A stretch of DNA of 64,000 bases, from positions 1-64,000 of the IMG/VR virus record IMGVR_UViG_3300033153_000868; one strand, written 5' to 3'. The DNA comes from a virus. Within the stretch, counting starts at the first letter, position 1. Every line of letters begins with the position of its first letter. Below are positions 10,664 through 18,576 of the stretch, one piece after another. Under the pieces are notes generated by a model. That model worked only from the letters and a program-made list of their open reading frames with translations, was not told where the DNA came from and made no database searches. A program made the translations under genes and the position numbers.

Positions 10664-11015
10664 GTCCTAATATTTTATAATCCAACAATACAAGACCACT
10701 AGATTGAACATTAATATCTGGATTTAAAGAAATAGTTTTTTTATTGTGTCCTTTTTTTACAAGTAAATTCTTCTTCTCAGCCTTTGTAATTGCATTTCTA
10801 GCTGATTGAGAACTTTTAAATATATTTTTTCCAACTGCAAAATCACAAAACTTTGTAAGTTCTATTCCTTGAACCTTAGCCAATTCAGTTAAAAATTTTA
10901 AATCTGAATTACTAATTAACGTATCATTAAAGAAACAGTATGTAACTATCTGATACTTTATTGATACATTTATATCTACTTGATGTTTAAGATCTACTTT
11001 ATTTACTATAGCCAT
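10644..11015 (-). CDS. Hypothetical protein (possible winged-helix)
   Basis: 123 aa; 'SSQSARNAITKAEKKNLLVK'. Confidence 0.65.
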   Translation of the reverse strand: MAIVNKVDLKHQVDINVSIKYQIVTYCFFNDTLISNSDLKFLTELAKVQGIELTKFCDFAVGKNIFKSSQSARNAITKAEKKNLLVKKGHNKKTISLNPDINVQSSGLVLLDYKILGRESEES

Positions 11016-11016
11016 A

Positions 11017-11937
11017 TCATAAACTCATTATCATATCAACAAAGTCAGGATGAGGATAACAATCCATTTTACCTTTCCTAACATTGGTGTGTGTTAATAA
11101 ACCTTTTATTTTTCCATAGAATGCATCTTGTTGAAAATCAAAGCCTTTTGTTGGACCATACTTTTTAATAAATTGTTGTAGTCCTAATCTTACATCTATA
11201 TTATCTCTATCAGCAACATATTTAATCCACTTTTCTGTTTCTTTAATTTGTGCTTCTGAATATGTATGCCAATATAGCTTGCCTTTAAATGGTTCATCAA
11301 GAGTAACAACTTGATCTGGTGTACATTTAGACCCAACATAAGTTAAATGATTTTTATCTAAATAACCCATGCTGCATATTTCTAATGCTACAGAGTGACG
11401 GTTCATAAATCCTGAACCTGTCCTACCCAAATGCCATCCTTGACATCCTTCAGGAAAAGCTTGTACCATAACACCATCAAACTCATCATCACCATTTCTG
11501 TGATTGATACCTCCTAAAACAAATTCAGTGGCAACTCTTCCTCTAGTATCCCTACCCCAATGATCAATACATCTATATGGATTAGCATTACCTGCTGTAT
11601 GATGTAAAAATATATATTCATTTTGTATAGGTCCCTTAAGGTATTCTCCTTTTGGTAAGTGATGTCTATGAATTATTTGATCATAGTTTGTTTTAAAATA
11701 CTGAGATGAAGCATCTGTATCTTCGTCAATTGCTTCTGTAACAGTATATTCCATATTTAGAATTAATGTCCATGTATTAGAGTCTACAACTCCTGTAACC
11801 ATTAAGTCCTTATCTAATTGGAATCTTTCTACAGCTTTTTCTGTCAAGGGTCCAAAAACCCCATCTACGGTAAGCCCTAATGCTGTCTGTAGTGTTTTAA
11901 CATCTGAGCCTCTATCACCTCTCTTAAGCTGTTTCAT
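11017..11937 (-). CDS. N-acetylmuramoyl-L-alanine amidase (endolysin) with N-terminal peptidoglycan-binding domain
   Basis: PG-binding 'LKRGDRGSDVKTLQTAL...DGVFGPLTEKAVERFQ'; amidase_2 'IFLHHTAG', 'GWH', 'ALEIC', 'LLTHTNVRKGKMDCYP'. Confidence 0.9.
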   Translation of the reverse strand: MKQLKRGDRGSDVKTLQTALGLTVDGVFGPLTEKAVERFQLDKDLMVTGVVDSNTWTLILNMEYTVTEAIDEDTDASSQYFKTNYDQIIHRHHLPKGEYLKGPIQNEYIFLHHTAGNANPYRCIDHWGRDTRGRVATEFVLGGINHRNGDDEFDGVMVQAFPEGCQGWHLGRTGSGFMNRHSVALEICSMGYLDKNHLTYVGSKCTPDQVVTLDEPFKGKLYWHTYSEAQIKETEKWIKYVADRDNIDVRLGLQQFIKKYGPTKGFDFQQDAFYGKIKGLLTHTNVRKGKMDCYPHPDFVDMIMSL

Positions 11938-12235
11938 CTTGCATAGCTTTTACCATTGCTTCTTGAAAAGCTTTACCTTCTTCTGTATTAAGATCTGGTG
12001 CACCTTCACCTTTTTGAGCAGCATATTGCTGTGCCATAAACATTTGGGCTTGCATACGCTCTGCTCTAGCCTTTTCTATAGTAGCTAATAACGTTTCATA
12101 ATCTGCTTGAACTTCCAAGTGTGGAATATTATCATTGTAGAATTGAGTAATTTCATCTCTACGTGCTGACATTTCTTCTTTAGACATTTTTGGATCTTTG
12201 TCTTGAAGATTTGAATTGGTTTTTGAATCTGACAT
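11924..12235 (-). CDS. Hypothetical coiled-coil protein
   Basis: Probable start MSDSK at 12235, downstream of the promoter motif at 12263-12270. Confidence 0.7.
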   Translation of the reverse strand: MSDSKTNSNLQDKDPKMSKEEMSARRDEITQFYNDNIPHLEVQADYETLLATIEKARAERMQAQMFMAQQYAAQKGEGAPDLNTEEGKAFQEAMVKAMQDETA

Positions 12236-12262
12236 TTTACTATTTTTATAAGTTAATAAAAA

Positions 12263-12270
12263 CAAATGTA
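12263..12270 (-). promoter_or_regulatory. Bacteroidota sigmaA -7 element TACATTTG
   Basis: Matches TAnnTTTG; intergenic, about 28 nt upstream of the start codon. Confidence 0.55.
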
Positions 12271-12296
12271 TAAAAAATAGTTTAAATAAAAAAAGT

Positions 12297-12557
12297 TTAG
12301 ATGTTTATTTTAGAAACCGTATTACGTCTAAGTACGTCAATTAATATTTTAGCTTCCGAATATTGCCATATTTTAATTGTCATTGCAGGATCTTGTATGT
12401 ACCACCCTCCATCTTCTTCTGCTTCATCATTTCCACCAGAGTGAAAGATTATATCACCAAACTCTATGTGAAAATAGTAATATCCTTCTGGCCAGTCATC
12501 ATCATCATCATGACTTATTTTTGTAAACCCTAATTCTCTTAACTGTGCTGCTGTCAT
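12297..12557 (-). CDS. Hypothetical protein
   Basis: 86 aa, 'LRELGF' N-terminal motif. Confidence 0.7.
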   Translation of the reverse strand: MTAAQLRELGFTKISHDDDDDWPEGYYYFHIEFGDIIFHSGGNDEAEEDGGWYIQDPAMTIKIWQYSEAKILIDVLRRNTVSKINI

Positions 12558-12560
12558 ATC

Positions 12561-12854
12561 CTACCATTTAACTTTGTCTGCCCAATAAGCAGCAGACATT
12601 TTACCTTTCTTTATGTTTTTGCCATGTCTAGCTTTAAAACTCTTACGTTTAGCTTTCATTTTAGCTGACTCACCTGCTTTTGGTTTACCAGCAGTCTTTG
12701 CACCCTTTTGTCCAAAACGTATAGTCTTAATCTTGTCTCCTTCTTTGGCTACAACAATATGAGACTTCTTTGGGTGTCCCGGTGTACGCTTTGGTTTATT
12801 ATATCCTGATACCCCAGCTCTTGTTAATCTGCTGTCTTTTTTCTTAGGTGCCAT
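12561..12854 (-). CDS. Small basic phage protein (DUF6321-like)
   Basis: 'KTIRFGQKG...KRKSFKARH...MSAAYWADKVKW'. Confidence 0.7.
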   Translation of the reverse strand: MAPKKKDSRLTRAGVSGYNKPKRTPGHPKKSHIVVAKEGDKIKTIRFGQKGAKTAGKPKAGESAKMKAKRKSFKARHGKNIKKGKMSAAYWADKVKW

Positions 12855-12856
12855 TA

Positions 12857-13384
12857 TTAATGTGCTTTAGCTTGTATAACAATCCATTCTGTTCCATCAG
12901 ACCAAAGAGATACACCTTCATATCTTTTAGAAATCTCAAAATCAGCTCCACCATCTATAGTGTCTCCTGGAGCTGCAGTAAGAAAAATTTTATCTTGTGC
13001 TCCATTATCCAGGCTACCATCTGTAATAATTCTAATATTTCTATATTTTAATGAAGAAGCAAGTGGTATATTAAGAATATAATTTCCATTTCCAAGACCA
13101 TCCCAAGATATATCTATTAAATTATAATTAGTGGGCATTGTAGAAGACCCATCAGCACCGGCTAAAATTTTAAAAGGTTCTAGCTTAACTAGTTGAGAAG
13201 TATTATTATTTATAAAAGACACTAGATCTTTTGCTAATATTAATTCTGTATCTACTTTTGGATTTGGTTTTAATCTTTCGTGGGATGTTTCATATCTAGA
13301 TATAACAAAATAATCATCTTGTTTAAGTTTTTTTACTTTCTTTCTTGAAAGCATTCCCATCATGTCTTGTAATATTGTACTCAT
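12857..13384 (-). CDS. Putative virion fibre/decoration protein
   Basis: C-terminus 'GDTIDGG...YEGVSLWSDGTEWIVI' is typical of fibre domains; N-terminus resembles those of 41671 and 45835. Confidence 0.6.
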   Translation of the reverse strand: MSTILQDMMGMLSRKKVKKLKQDDYFVISRYETSHERLKPNPKVDTELILAKDLVSFINNNTSQLVKLEPFKILAGADGSSTMPTNYNLIDISWDGLGNGNYILNIPLASSLKYRNIRIITDGSLDNGAQDKIFLTAAPGDTIDGGADFEISKRYEGVSLWSDGTEWIVIQAKAH

Positions 13385-13623
13385 CTTTTTTTTCCTTTAT
13401 GCAAGCCGTGACTTGCGTGTTGTTTACCTTTCTTGGTAGCAGCACGTTTCTTTGCATTAGCTGCAGCCAATTTCTTTTTACCTTTCTTAGTACTCTTAAG
13501 TTTAGATATAGTTCTAGAAGGTGCATATACCTCTCCGGTTTCGGAAGATTTCTTTCCGCTTGCCGTTCTCCATTTCTGCTTGGTCCATCTAGTTAGACTT
13601 TTTTGTTGTTTAGTCTTTGCCAT
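13381..13623 (-). CDS. Small basic protein (DUF5872-like)
   Basis: 'QKSLTRWTKQKWRTASGK...KKRAATKKGKQ'. Confidence 0.65.
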   Translation of the reverse strand: MAKTKQQKSLTRWTKQKWRTASGKKSSETGEVYAPSRTISKLKSTKKGKKKLAAANAKKRAATKKGKQHASHGLHKGKKR

Positions 13624-13844
13624 TACTTACATCTTGATTCTTGTAGCCTAATAATTTCTTTCTCTAATTCTACAATCCTATCTTCCGATTCATTGATCAT
13701 TTTTATTTTTTTTTCTAGCCTAGCTTCTAGTACAACCATATCATCTGATAATTGTGCTATTTGGCTATATGCTATACCCATTGTGAATATAATACCTATG
13801 ATCCAAATTATATTACCAATATTTAGGGTTAGGTCTTTCATCAT
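13623..13844 (-). CDS. Small membrane-anchored coiled-coil protein
   Basis: N-terminal TM segment followed by heptad repeats. Confidence 0.65.
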   Translation of the reverse strand: MMKDLTLNIGNIIWIIGIIFTMGIAYSQIAQLSDDMVVLEARLEKKIKMINESEDRIVELEKEIIRLQESRCK

Positions 13845-14050
13845 TTCTTGGATTTGTATCCACCACCGTTAGCTTTGTAACGTTTAGCAAGCATTTGAGC
13901 TTTACGTGCAGACCACTGACCAGGTGCACCACCCTTACTACCAGCCTTGATAGAATTAAATAATCTTTTACGCATTCCCGGTTTAGTATAATTCCCTGAA
14001 CTATTTACGGTACTTTTTTTCTTTTTAGTTGTTTTTCTTTTTAATGCCAT
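13841..14050 (-). CDS. Small basic protein (DUF5872-like)
   Basis: 'NYTKPGMRKRLF...GSKGGAPGQWSARKAQML..YKANGGGY'. Confidence 0.7.
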   Translation of the reverse strand: MALKRKTTKKKKSTVNSSGNYTKPGMRKRLFNSIKAGSKGGAPGQWSARKAQMLAKRYKANGGGYKSKK

Positions 14051-14055
14051 AATTT

Positions 14056-14379
14056 CTAAGCTTCATAAGTTTCCGGATACGCCTTAAACATTATATCCCT
14101 TAATGCAGCACACTTCTCATAGTCTTCTTCTTCTACGAAGTACGCTATCATATTTTCTAATTCTTCAAGTTTCGGTCCATTGTCTGGATCATAAGCCATC
14201 ACTAACTCTTTTCCCTCACTAAATTGAGTTGATATTAATTCTTCAAAAGTAATTTCCCCGGTCAGTAACATCCATGCATTGTTGTATGCTGTGTCTAATA
14301 TAATAGCATCTAACTGCATTTGCTGTATGTCAGATAAACCACCAGTTTCTTTTTCCCCGTTATCATCCCAATCAGCCAT
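14056..14379 (-). CDS. Protein with C-terminal UvrB/UvrC (UVR) motif
   Basis: 'FVEEEDYEKCAALRD'. Confidence 0.7.
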   Translation of the reverse strand: MADWDDNGEKETGGLSDIQQMQLDAIILDTAYNNAWMLLTGEITFEELISTQFSEGKELVMAYDPDNGPKLEELENMIAYFVEEEDYEKCAALRDIMFKAYPETYEA

Positions 14380-14429
14380 AGTATTTTGTTTAGTGAGTAA
14401 CTCTTCTATAAAAACAATATACTAAAATT

Positions 14430-14577
14430 CCCCGTCCTATAAAAATTTTTGAGCCACAACATCCCCCCGTCTACTGTAAAATTGCCCCTACGCCCCACCA
14501 AAAAATTGTGTGTTTGGCACTTTCAAGAGGTATATATGATCTGCTCCCCAACTAAATTTTGCAGTGCGGGTACCCCC
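14430..14577. other. C-run cluster at the divergent late/early boundary (possible terminus/packaging or origin region)
   Basis: C runs at 14430-33, 14463-68, 14485-88, 14493-96, 14546-49, 14573-77; CCCCGTC direct repeat. Confidence 0.4.
14540..14554 (+). repeat. TCTGCTCCC(C/A)AACTA motif, copy 1
   Basis: 14/15 identical to the copies at 14799 and 15401. Confidence 0.7.
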
Positions 14578-14782
14578 TATGTTTGCATAGGAACTCAAAC
14601 TGCACTTGCTAACTGCATAAAGTTGTACAAAAAAAAAGAATGTATGACTATTGTGTGATAGCAAAGCGGAGTAGTGTAGTGCTACTGTGTCTACGTCAGG
14701 TATCTACTGAATATCAATACATCATTGATTTGTTTGTATTCATCAGTAGTATATATATGATGGACTCACTGTGTGCATATAC

Positions 14783-14813
14783 GGCATTTTTCAATGCCTC
14801 TGCTCCCAAACTA
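14783..14813 (+). promoter_or_regulatory. Hairpin (GGCATT-TTTC-AATGCC) plus TCTGCTCCCAAACTA, copy 2; candidate early promoter
   Basis: Lies about 83 nt upstream of the first plus-strand gene. Confidence 0.45.
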
Positions 14814-14896
14814 TATATAGCGGGATAAGCCGTTTAACCTTTTCAGCAATAGCCTTATCACTATTGTAATCAATTTAATAATTAAATAATTTCATT

Positions 14897-15358
14897 ATGA
14901 ACAATTTAGTAACAGTACGCAAGAATGAAGACGGAACATTCATCAGTAAAACAAAGAACAAAGATATTGGCTTTGTAATCTATGAACAAAAGGCCGTTGA
15001 ACTTAGAAATGGTTGGTATGCAGATAAATCTTTGTCAGCATTAGTATTAGGCCCAATAGCTTTGCTTGAGTCTATGGACCACTCAAAACCATTGACAGGT
15101 AAGATTATTGTGCGTGAGCAACTTGAGCCATTCAATGATAAGGATTTGACATACAAATTAAAGTATGCTGGTGACTCAAAGGTAGTATGTATGAAAGGTG
15201 ATAAACCTATTTACAGAACTACAGAGTTTACCTCAGACCTTAATGCTCAGTCTACTTTTATTCAGCACACCAATGGTGCTGAGATAAGAGAGGCTAACAA
15301 CTCTACTGTAGCTGTAGAGAGCTTGAATGCGTTTAAGCAGGAAACTGTAGAAGCGTAA
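14897..15358 (+). CDS. Early protein, paralog of 18577-19191
   Basis: Shares 'LKYAGD..(V/I)C...G.PIYR.TE.T.D..AQ...I.HTNG..IR.AN'. Confidence 0.8.
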   Translation: MNNLVTVRKNEDGTFISKTKNKDIGFVIYEQKAVELRNGWYADKSLSALVLGPIALLESMDHSKPLTGKIIVREQLEPFNDKDLTYKLKYAGDSKVVCMKGDKPIYRTTEFTSDLNAQSTFIQHTNGAEIREANNSTVAVESLNAFKQETVEA

Positions 15359-15381
15359 TTGTAACATAGTAGCTTGTGGGT

Positions 15382-15415
15382 AGGCGTGCTTTTCAGCACG
15401 TCTGCTCCCAAACTA
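15382..15415 (+). promoter_or_regulatory. Hairpin (AGGCGTGCT-TTTC-AGCACGTCT) plus TCTGCTCCCAAACTA, copy 3
   Basis: Same TTTC loop and downstream 15-mer as copy 2, with a different stem sequence. Confidence 0.45.
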
Positions 15416-15419
15416 TGTT

Positions 15420-16501
15420 TAGCACTTATAAAAATAGAATTAGTACAGAATGTTACTACTCTCAGACAATAACTACTAACTATTGTTACATAGAGTCAAA
15501 AACAATTGAATTAAGTTATAAAAGTGTGGTAATTTTATTTTTTTTGTGTGTGTCACTCTGAATGTGAGGTCTTATACCCACAAAATACCACCTTTTACCA
15601 CTCTTGTAACTATGAGTGTTACTAATAATATAAATATAGCTAACGTAGCTACAAGTGTAACTATTACACTCAACAATATAACAAGGGTAGTCTTTGTCTC
15701 TTCCTCTATAGGATAAGAGCCATATTACCCGCAATATTAAAACAGGCACATAGATATATTCCTGTATAAACATGGTTGGTCTAATCCAGTGAGTTGCTGG
15801 CGTAAGAGAGAACTTACAGTAATCTAAACTCAATATGCTAATACCATAACTAGAGGAATGTGGATCAACAATACCAATAAGACTACAAGTTATGGTTATT
15901 AGCTTTAATCATCCAGCAATAAAGCAGGGTGTGAAGTAGATAGGGACGTGGATATTAATCCTGAACTTGGTAATGAGTCCTGCAGGATAGTCTCTATCTA
16001 CTTTTAAAACATAATAACTAATAATCCTACCGTATGGATGGAGGTGAATAGCGGAGTGAATATCTCTATTAGTTATATCTTTTAAACCCGTGGCAACGGG
16101 AGTGTTGGGTGTCACTTTGTACACCAAGAGGAGTAGTTTGTCAGCTTAACCTCGTATACGTTAGGGTCAATGTACCTGTAAGGTTTGACAACCGGAAACC
16201 GTGTATTTGACTTGTCTGTTGAATATGTAACAGTCACCGTCAACCGGGATAACGGTCGTAAGAGGTAATCAGGCTCTTTATTTTTAACTCAAGAACAATA
16301 TAAAGATACGTGTCTAGGTAATTCTAGACTAGTGTGACACACATGAAGTGAATTAGGTTAATTACCTATAGTGTCTAATCAACCAATGAGTATGTTGGTA
16401 GGTGTTGGTCTCACCTAATAATCAAATGACTTATTCCTAACTATGAGTATTCATAGGACAGCCATGCCAGTTGTAGTTGGATAAAACAGACTGGCTTTTT
16501 T
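15420..16501 (+). ncRNA. Candidate large structured non-coding RNA or array of structured RNAs
   Basis: About 1.1 kb with no credible CDS; consecutive 10-15 bp stems (15837-51/15888-903; 15934-47/15990-16003; 16014-23/16067-76), many small hairpins and G-U pairs on +; ends in a terminator-like stem plus U-run. Confidence 0.5.
16466..16501 (+). terminator. Possible intrinsic terminator
   Basis: GCCAGT...ACTGGC followed by T6. Confidence 0.45.
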
Positions 16502-16522
16502 AAAATCTAATACTAAAACGTT

Positions 16523-16693
16523 ATGAAAAAACAATTCTTATATTTTATTCTATTACTATTCATAGGTGGACCAATGTTACAATCATGTGGTTCTTCTCGT
16601 AAATGCTCTGTCAAGAAAAGTAAAAAGCATTTTGCAAAGAAGAACTATTGGAAACCTAAAAAGAGACACAAGAGATCCAAATGGGGTCGTTAA
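16523..16693 (+). CDS. Small basic lipoprotein (56 aa)
   Basis: MKKQFLYFILLLFIGGPMLQSCGSSRK...; signal peptide plus lipobox LQSC; K/R-rich tail. Confidence 0.7.
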   Translation: MKKQFLYFILLLFIGGPMLQSCGSSRKCSVKKSKKHFAKKNYWKPKKRHKRSKWGR

Positions 16694-16718
16694 TCATTAA
16701 TCAATTAAATTATATATC

Positions 16719-17030
16719 ATGAAATATTTATTCAAGTATCTTATCAAGTTAATCTTCGTAGCTGTTATACCTTTTGCTATGACAGTAGTACTAGTTAATC
16801 TAGTTTATTACACACCTTGGTCACCTATTCTTATAGTTGCCTTTGGTATTATAACCGCATTAACTTTCATCAATGCAATCTTCTATGCTATTCATATGGA
16901 TAGAACATACCTTTTGCCTAGGATGAGAGTAAACGCAAGACCTGGAATTGGTCTTGACATAGAGAAAGTAACTCGTCATTGGGAATTGAAGTTACCTTTC
17001 TTAACTATAATCTTCCAAAGAAGAAAATAA
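16719..17030 (+). CDS. Membrane protein (2 TM)
   Basis: Two hydrophobic segments in 103 aa. Confidence 0.7.
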   Translation: MKYLFKYLIKLIFVAVIPFAMTVVLVNLVYYTPWSPILIVAFGIITALTFINAIFYAIHMDRTYLLPRMRVNARPGIGLDIEKVTRHWELKLPFLTIIFQRRK

Positions 17031-17181
17031 AAAGTCTCGTATATGGACCACTAACAATACCAGTAATTATATATTATATTAATACTAGGTATTGAGGCTG
17101 TGTTCTTAATCAGATCAAAGACTATTACTGTTACATTTCATACTTGTTTGCAGTATGGTCTTTGATTACAACATAAAATCA

Positions 17182-17739
17182 ATGGCAAAACAATATCACG
17201 TACAGGATGAAGTATTAAAAGGCATCCTTTCAGGTTTATTTGATCAAAGATCTATCAATAAATCAAACAATTTAAAATTTATAACAGATATAATATCTAA
17301 AGAAGTTAAAGATTCAGCTCTAGAAGCTATAATACATCTTATGCTAACAGAAAGAACTTTTGTACCAACAGAGATTGGTAGTTATGTTAGACTAGTACCA
17401 CCAAACTATCATCAAGGCAGTGAATTTGAATTAGATGTTCTTGAAGACATGGGATTACTAGGTAAAGGTGATGAGTATAGTGACTATTATGTATATGGTC
17501 AAGTAGTTGGTGACTCTTCTTGGGGTTCTGATCCTTATGACCCGTTTTATTCTACTATAAAAGTGAATTTAATGTATCATGATGATGATAAAAACCTTAA
17601 GTTTGTAGAAACTACCGTTAGTCCTCTACATGCTCTTAACATACAAAAGAGATTCATAAGTTATTTTAAAAAAGTAAAACAAACAGAACTAAATTTTCAA
17701 GAAGATGGCAAAGATATCAATGGAACTATTGAACTCTGA
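17182..17739 (+). CDS. Hypothetical protein
   Basis: ORF 17155-17739; probable start MAKQY. Confidence 0.7.
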   Translation: MAKQYHVQDEVLKGILSGLFDQRSINKSNNLKFITDIISKEVKDSALEAIIHLMLTERTFVPTEIGSYVRLVPPNYHQGSEFELDVLEDMGLLGKGDEYSDYYVYGQVVGDSSWGSDPYDPFYSTIKVNLMYHDDDKNLKFVETTVSPLHALNIQKRFISYFKKVKQTELNFQEDGKDINGTIEL

Positions 17740-17917
17740 ACATAAATCATGGTTAGAGTTAGACAAATCACTTAGAAAGGCTGGAGGTCTTAATGTACCT
17801 TTTGGCATGTACATGCAAGAAAAGTATGCTTTTAAAGACAAGGATCTTACTGATGAACATGATACCAATATGGCCATGCTCATTATAATTAAGAACCATG
17901 TTGAAGGAATCAAATAG
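17705..17917 (+). CDS. Hypothetical protein
   Basis: 70 aa, overlaps both neighbours. Confidence 0.65.
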   Translation: MAKISMELLNSEHKSWLELDKSLRKAGGLNVPFGMYMQEKYAFKDKDLTDEHDTNMAMLIIIKNHVEGIK

Positions 17918-18149
17918 ATATGGTATAGTTAAACATAAAGTATGTACAGATCCTAACTTGTCAGTTCAAGCTAAAGGCTTGTACAGTATATTATGCTGTT
18001 ATGCCAATAAAAACAGAATTTGTTGGCCATCAATTAGTAAGCTTGCAGATGACTGTGGCTCAAGTCAATCATCAGTTAAAAGATGGATAAAAGAGCTAAA
18101 ATCATATAAATATATAAAAAGAATAGGTAATAAGTTAACCATATTATGA
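17898..18149 (+). CDS. Helix-turn-helix DNA-binding protein (HTH_36-like)
   Basis: 'LSVQAKGLYSIL...CWPSISKLADDCGSSQSSVKRWIKELKSYKYI'. Confidence 0.85.
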   Translation: MLKESNRYGIVKHKVCTDPNLSVQAKGLYSILCCYANKNRICWPSISKLADDCGSSQSSVKRWIKELKSYKYIKRIGNKLTIL

Positions 18150-18151
18150 TG

Positions 18152-18163
18152 CGTTAGCTATAT
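18152..18163 (+). promoter_or_regulatory. CGTTAGCTATAT motif, copy 3
   Basis: Directly after the HTH gene stop; exact match to 2895-2906 and 15634-15645. Confidence 0.45.
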
Positions 18164-18232
18164 TTATGCTTTTTATTTTTGAGTTAAGTCCAAATTCACT
18201 TTATATTTCTGACACAGATTAAGTTATATTAT

Positions 18233-18240
18233 TATCTTTG
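18233..18240 (+). promoter_or_regulatory. Bacteroidota -7 element TATCTTTG
   Basis: TAnnTTTG about 20 nt upstream of ATG 18260. Confidence 0.55.
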
Positions 18241-18259
18241 ATAAACTTTAGATAAGATA

Positions 18260-18532
18260 ATGATAATACAACTTCCTAATGGCAGAATCATAGAATGTTC
18301 CCTAGAACAGTACCTTTCTCTCTCTGATGAAGAGTACAATGATCTAAATGGCCTTAGCTCCGCATACACAAAGGAAGTGGTTGATCCATGGTATAATAAG
18401 TTTGCAAAAGCAACTGGTAAAGCTGTCTCAGATGAAGCAATAGAAAATATTGAAGAATATGAGCCTGCACTAGATGAGATTGAAGCTTATGAAAAACTGG
18501 AAGACCCGTATTTTCACTCTGATGATAGTTAA
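18260..18532 (+). CDS. Acidic hypothetical protein
   Basis: 90 aa, 'QLPNGRIIECSLEQYLSLSD'. Confidence 0.75.
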   Translation: MIIQLPNGRIIECSLEQYLSLSDEEYNDLNGLSSAYTKEVVDPWYNKFAKATGKAVSDEAIENIEEYEPALDEIEAYEKLEDPYFHSDDS

Positions 18533-18576
18533 TCATCACACACAATTATTTTATTAATCATTTAATTTTATTAAAA

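Noticed and set aside
14540-15415. Mini CRISPR array formed by the TCTGCTCCCAAACTA repeats
   Set aside because: The repeat is 15 nt with spacings of 259 and 602 nt, one containing a full gene
15516-16127. Minus-strand ORFs 15516-15833 and 15909-16127
   Set aside because: Non-ATG starts, atypical composition, antisense to the early region and overlapping dense stem-loops; probably spurious
15850-16500. RNase P RNA, tmRNA, hammerhead or group I intron identity for the structured region
   Set aside because: Only loose echoes (GAGGAATGT, AAATGACT, ACAGACTGGC). No GAGGAAAGUCC/P4 pairing, tRNA-like ends or CUGANGA-GAAA core found
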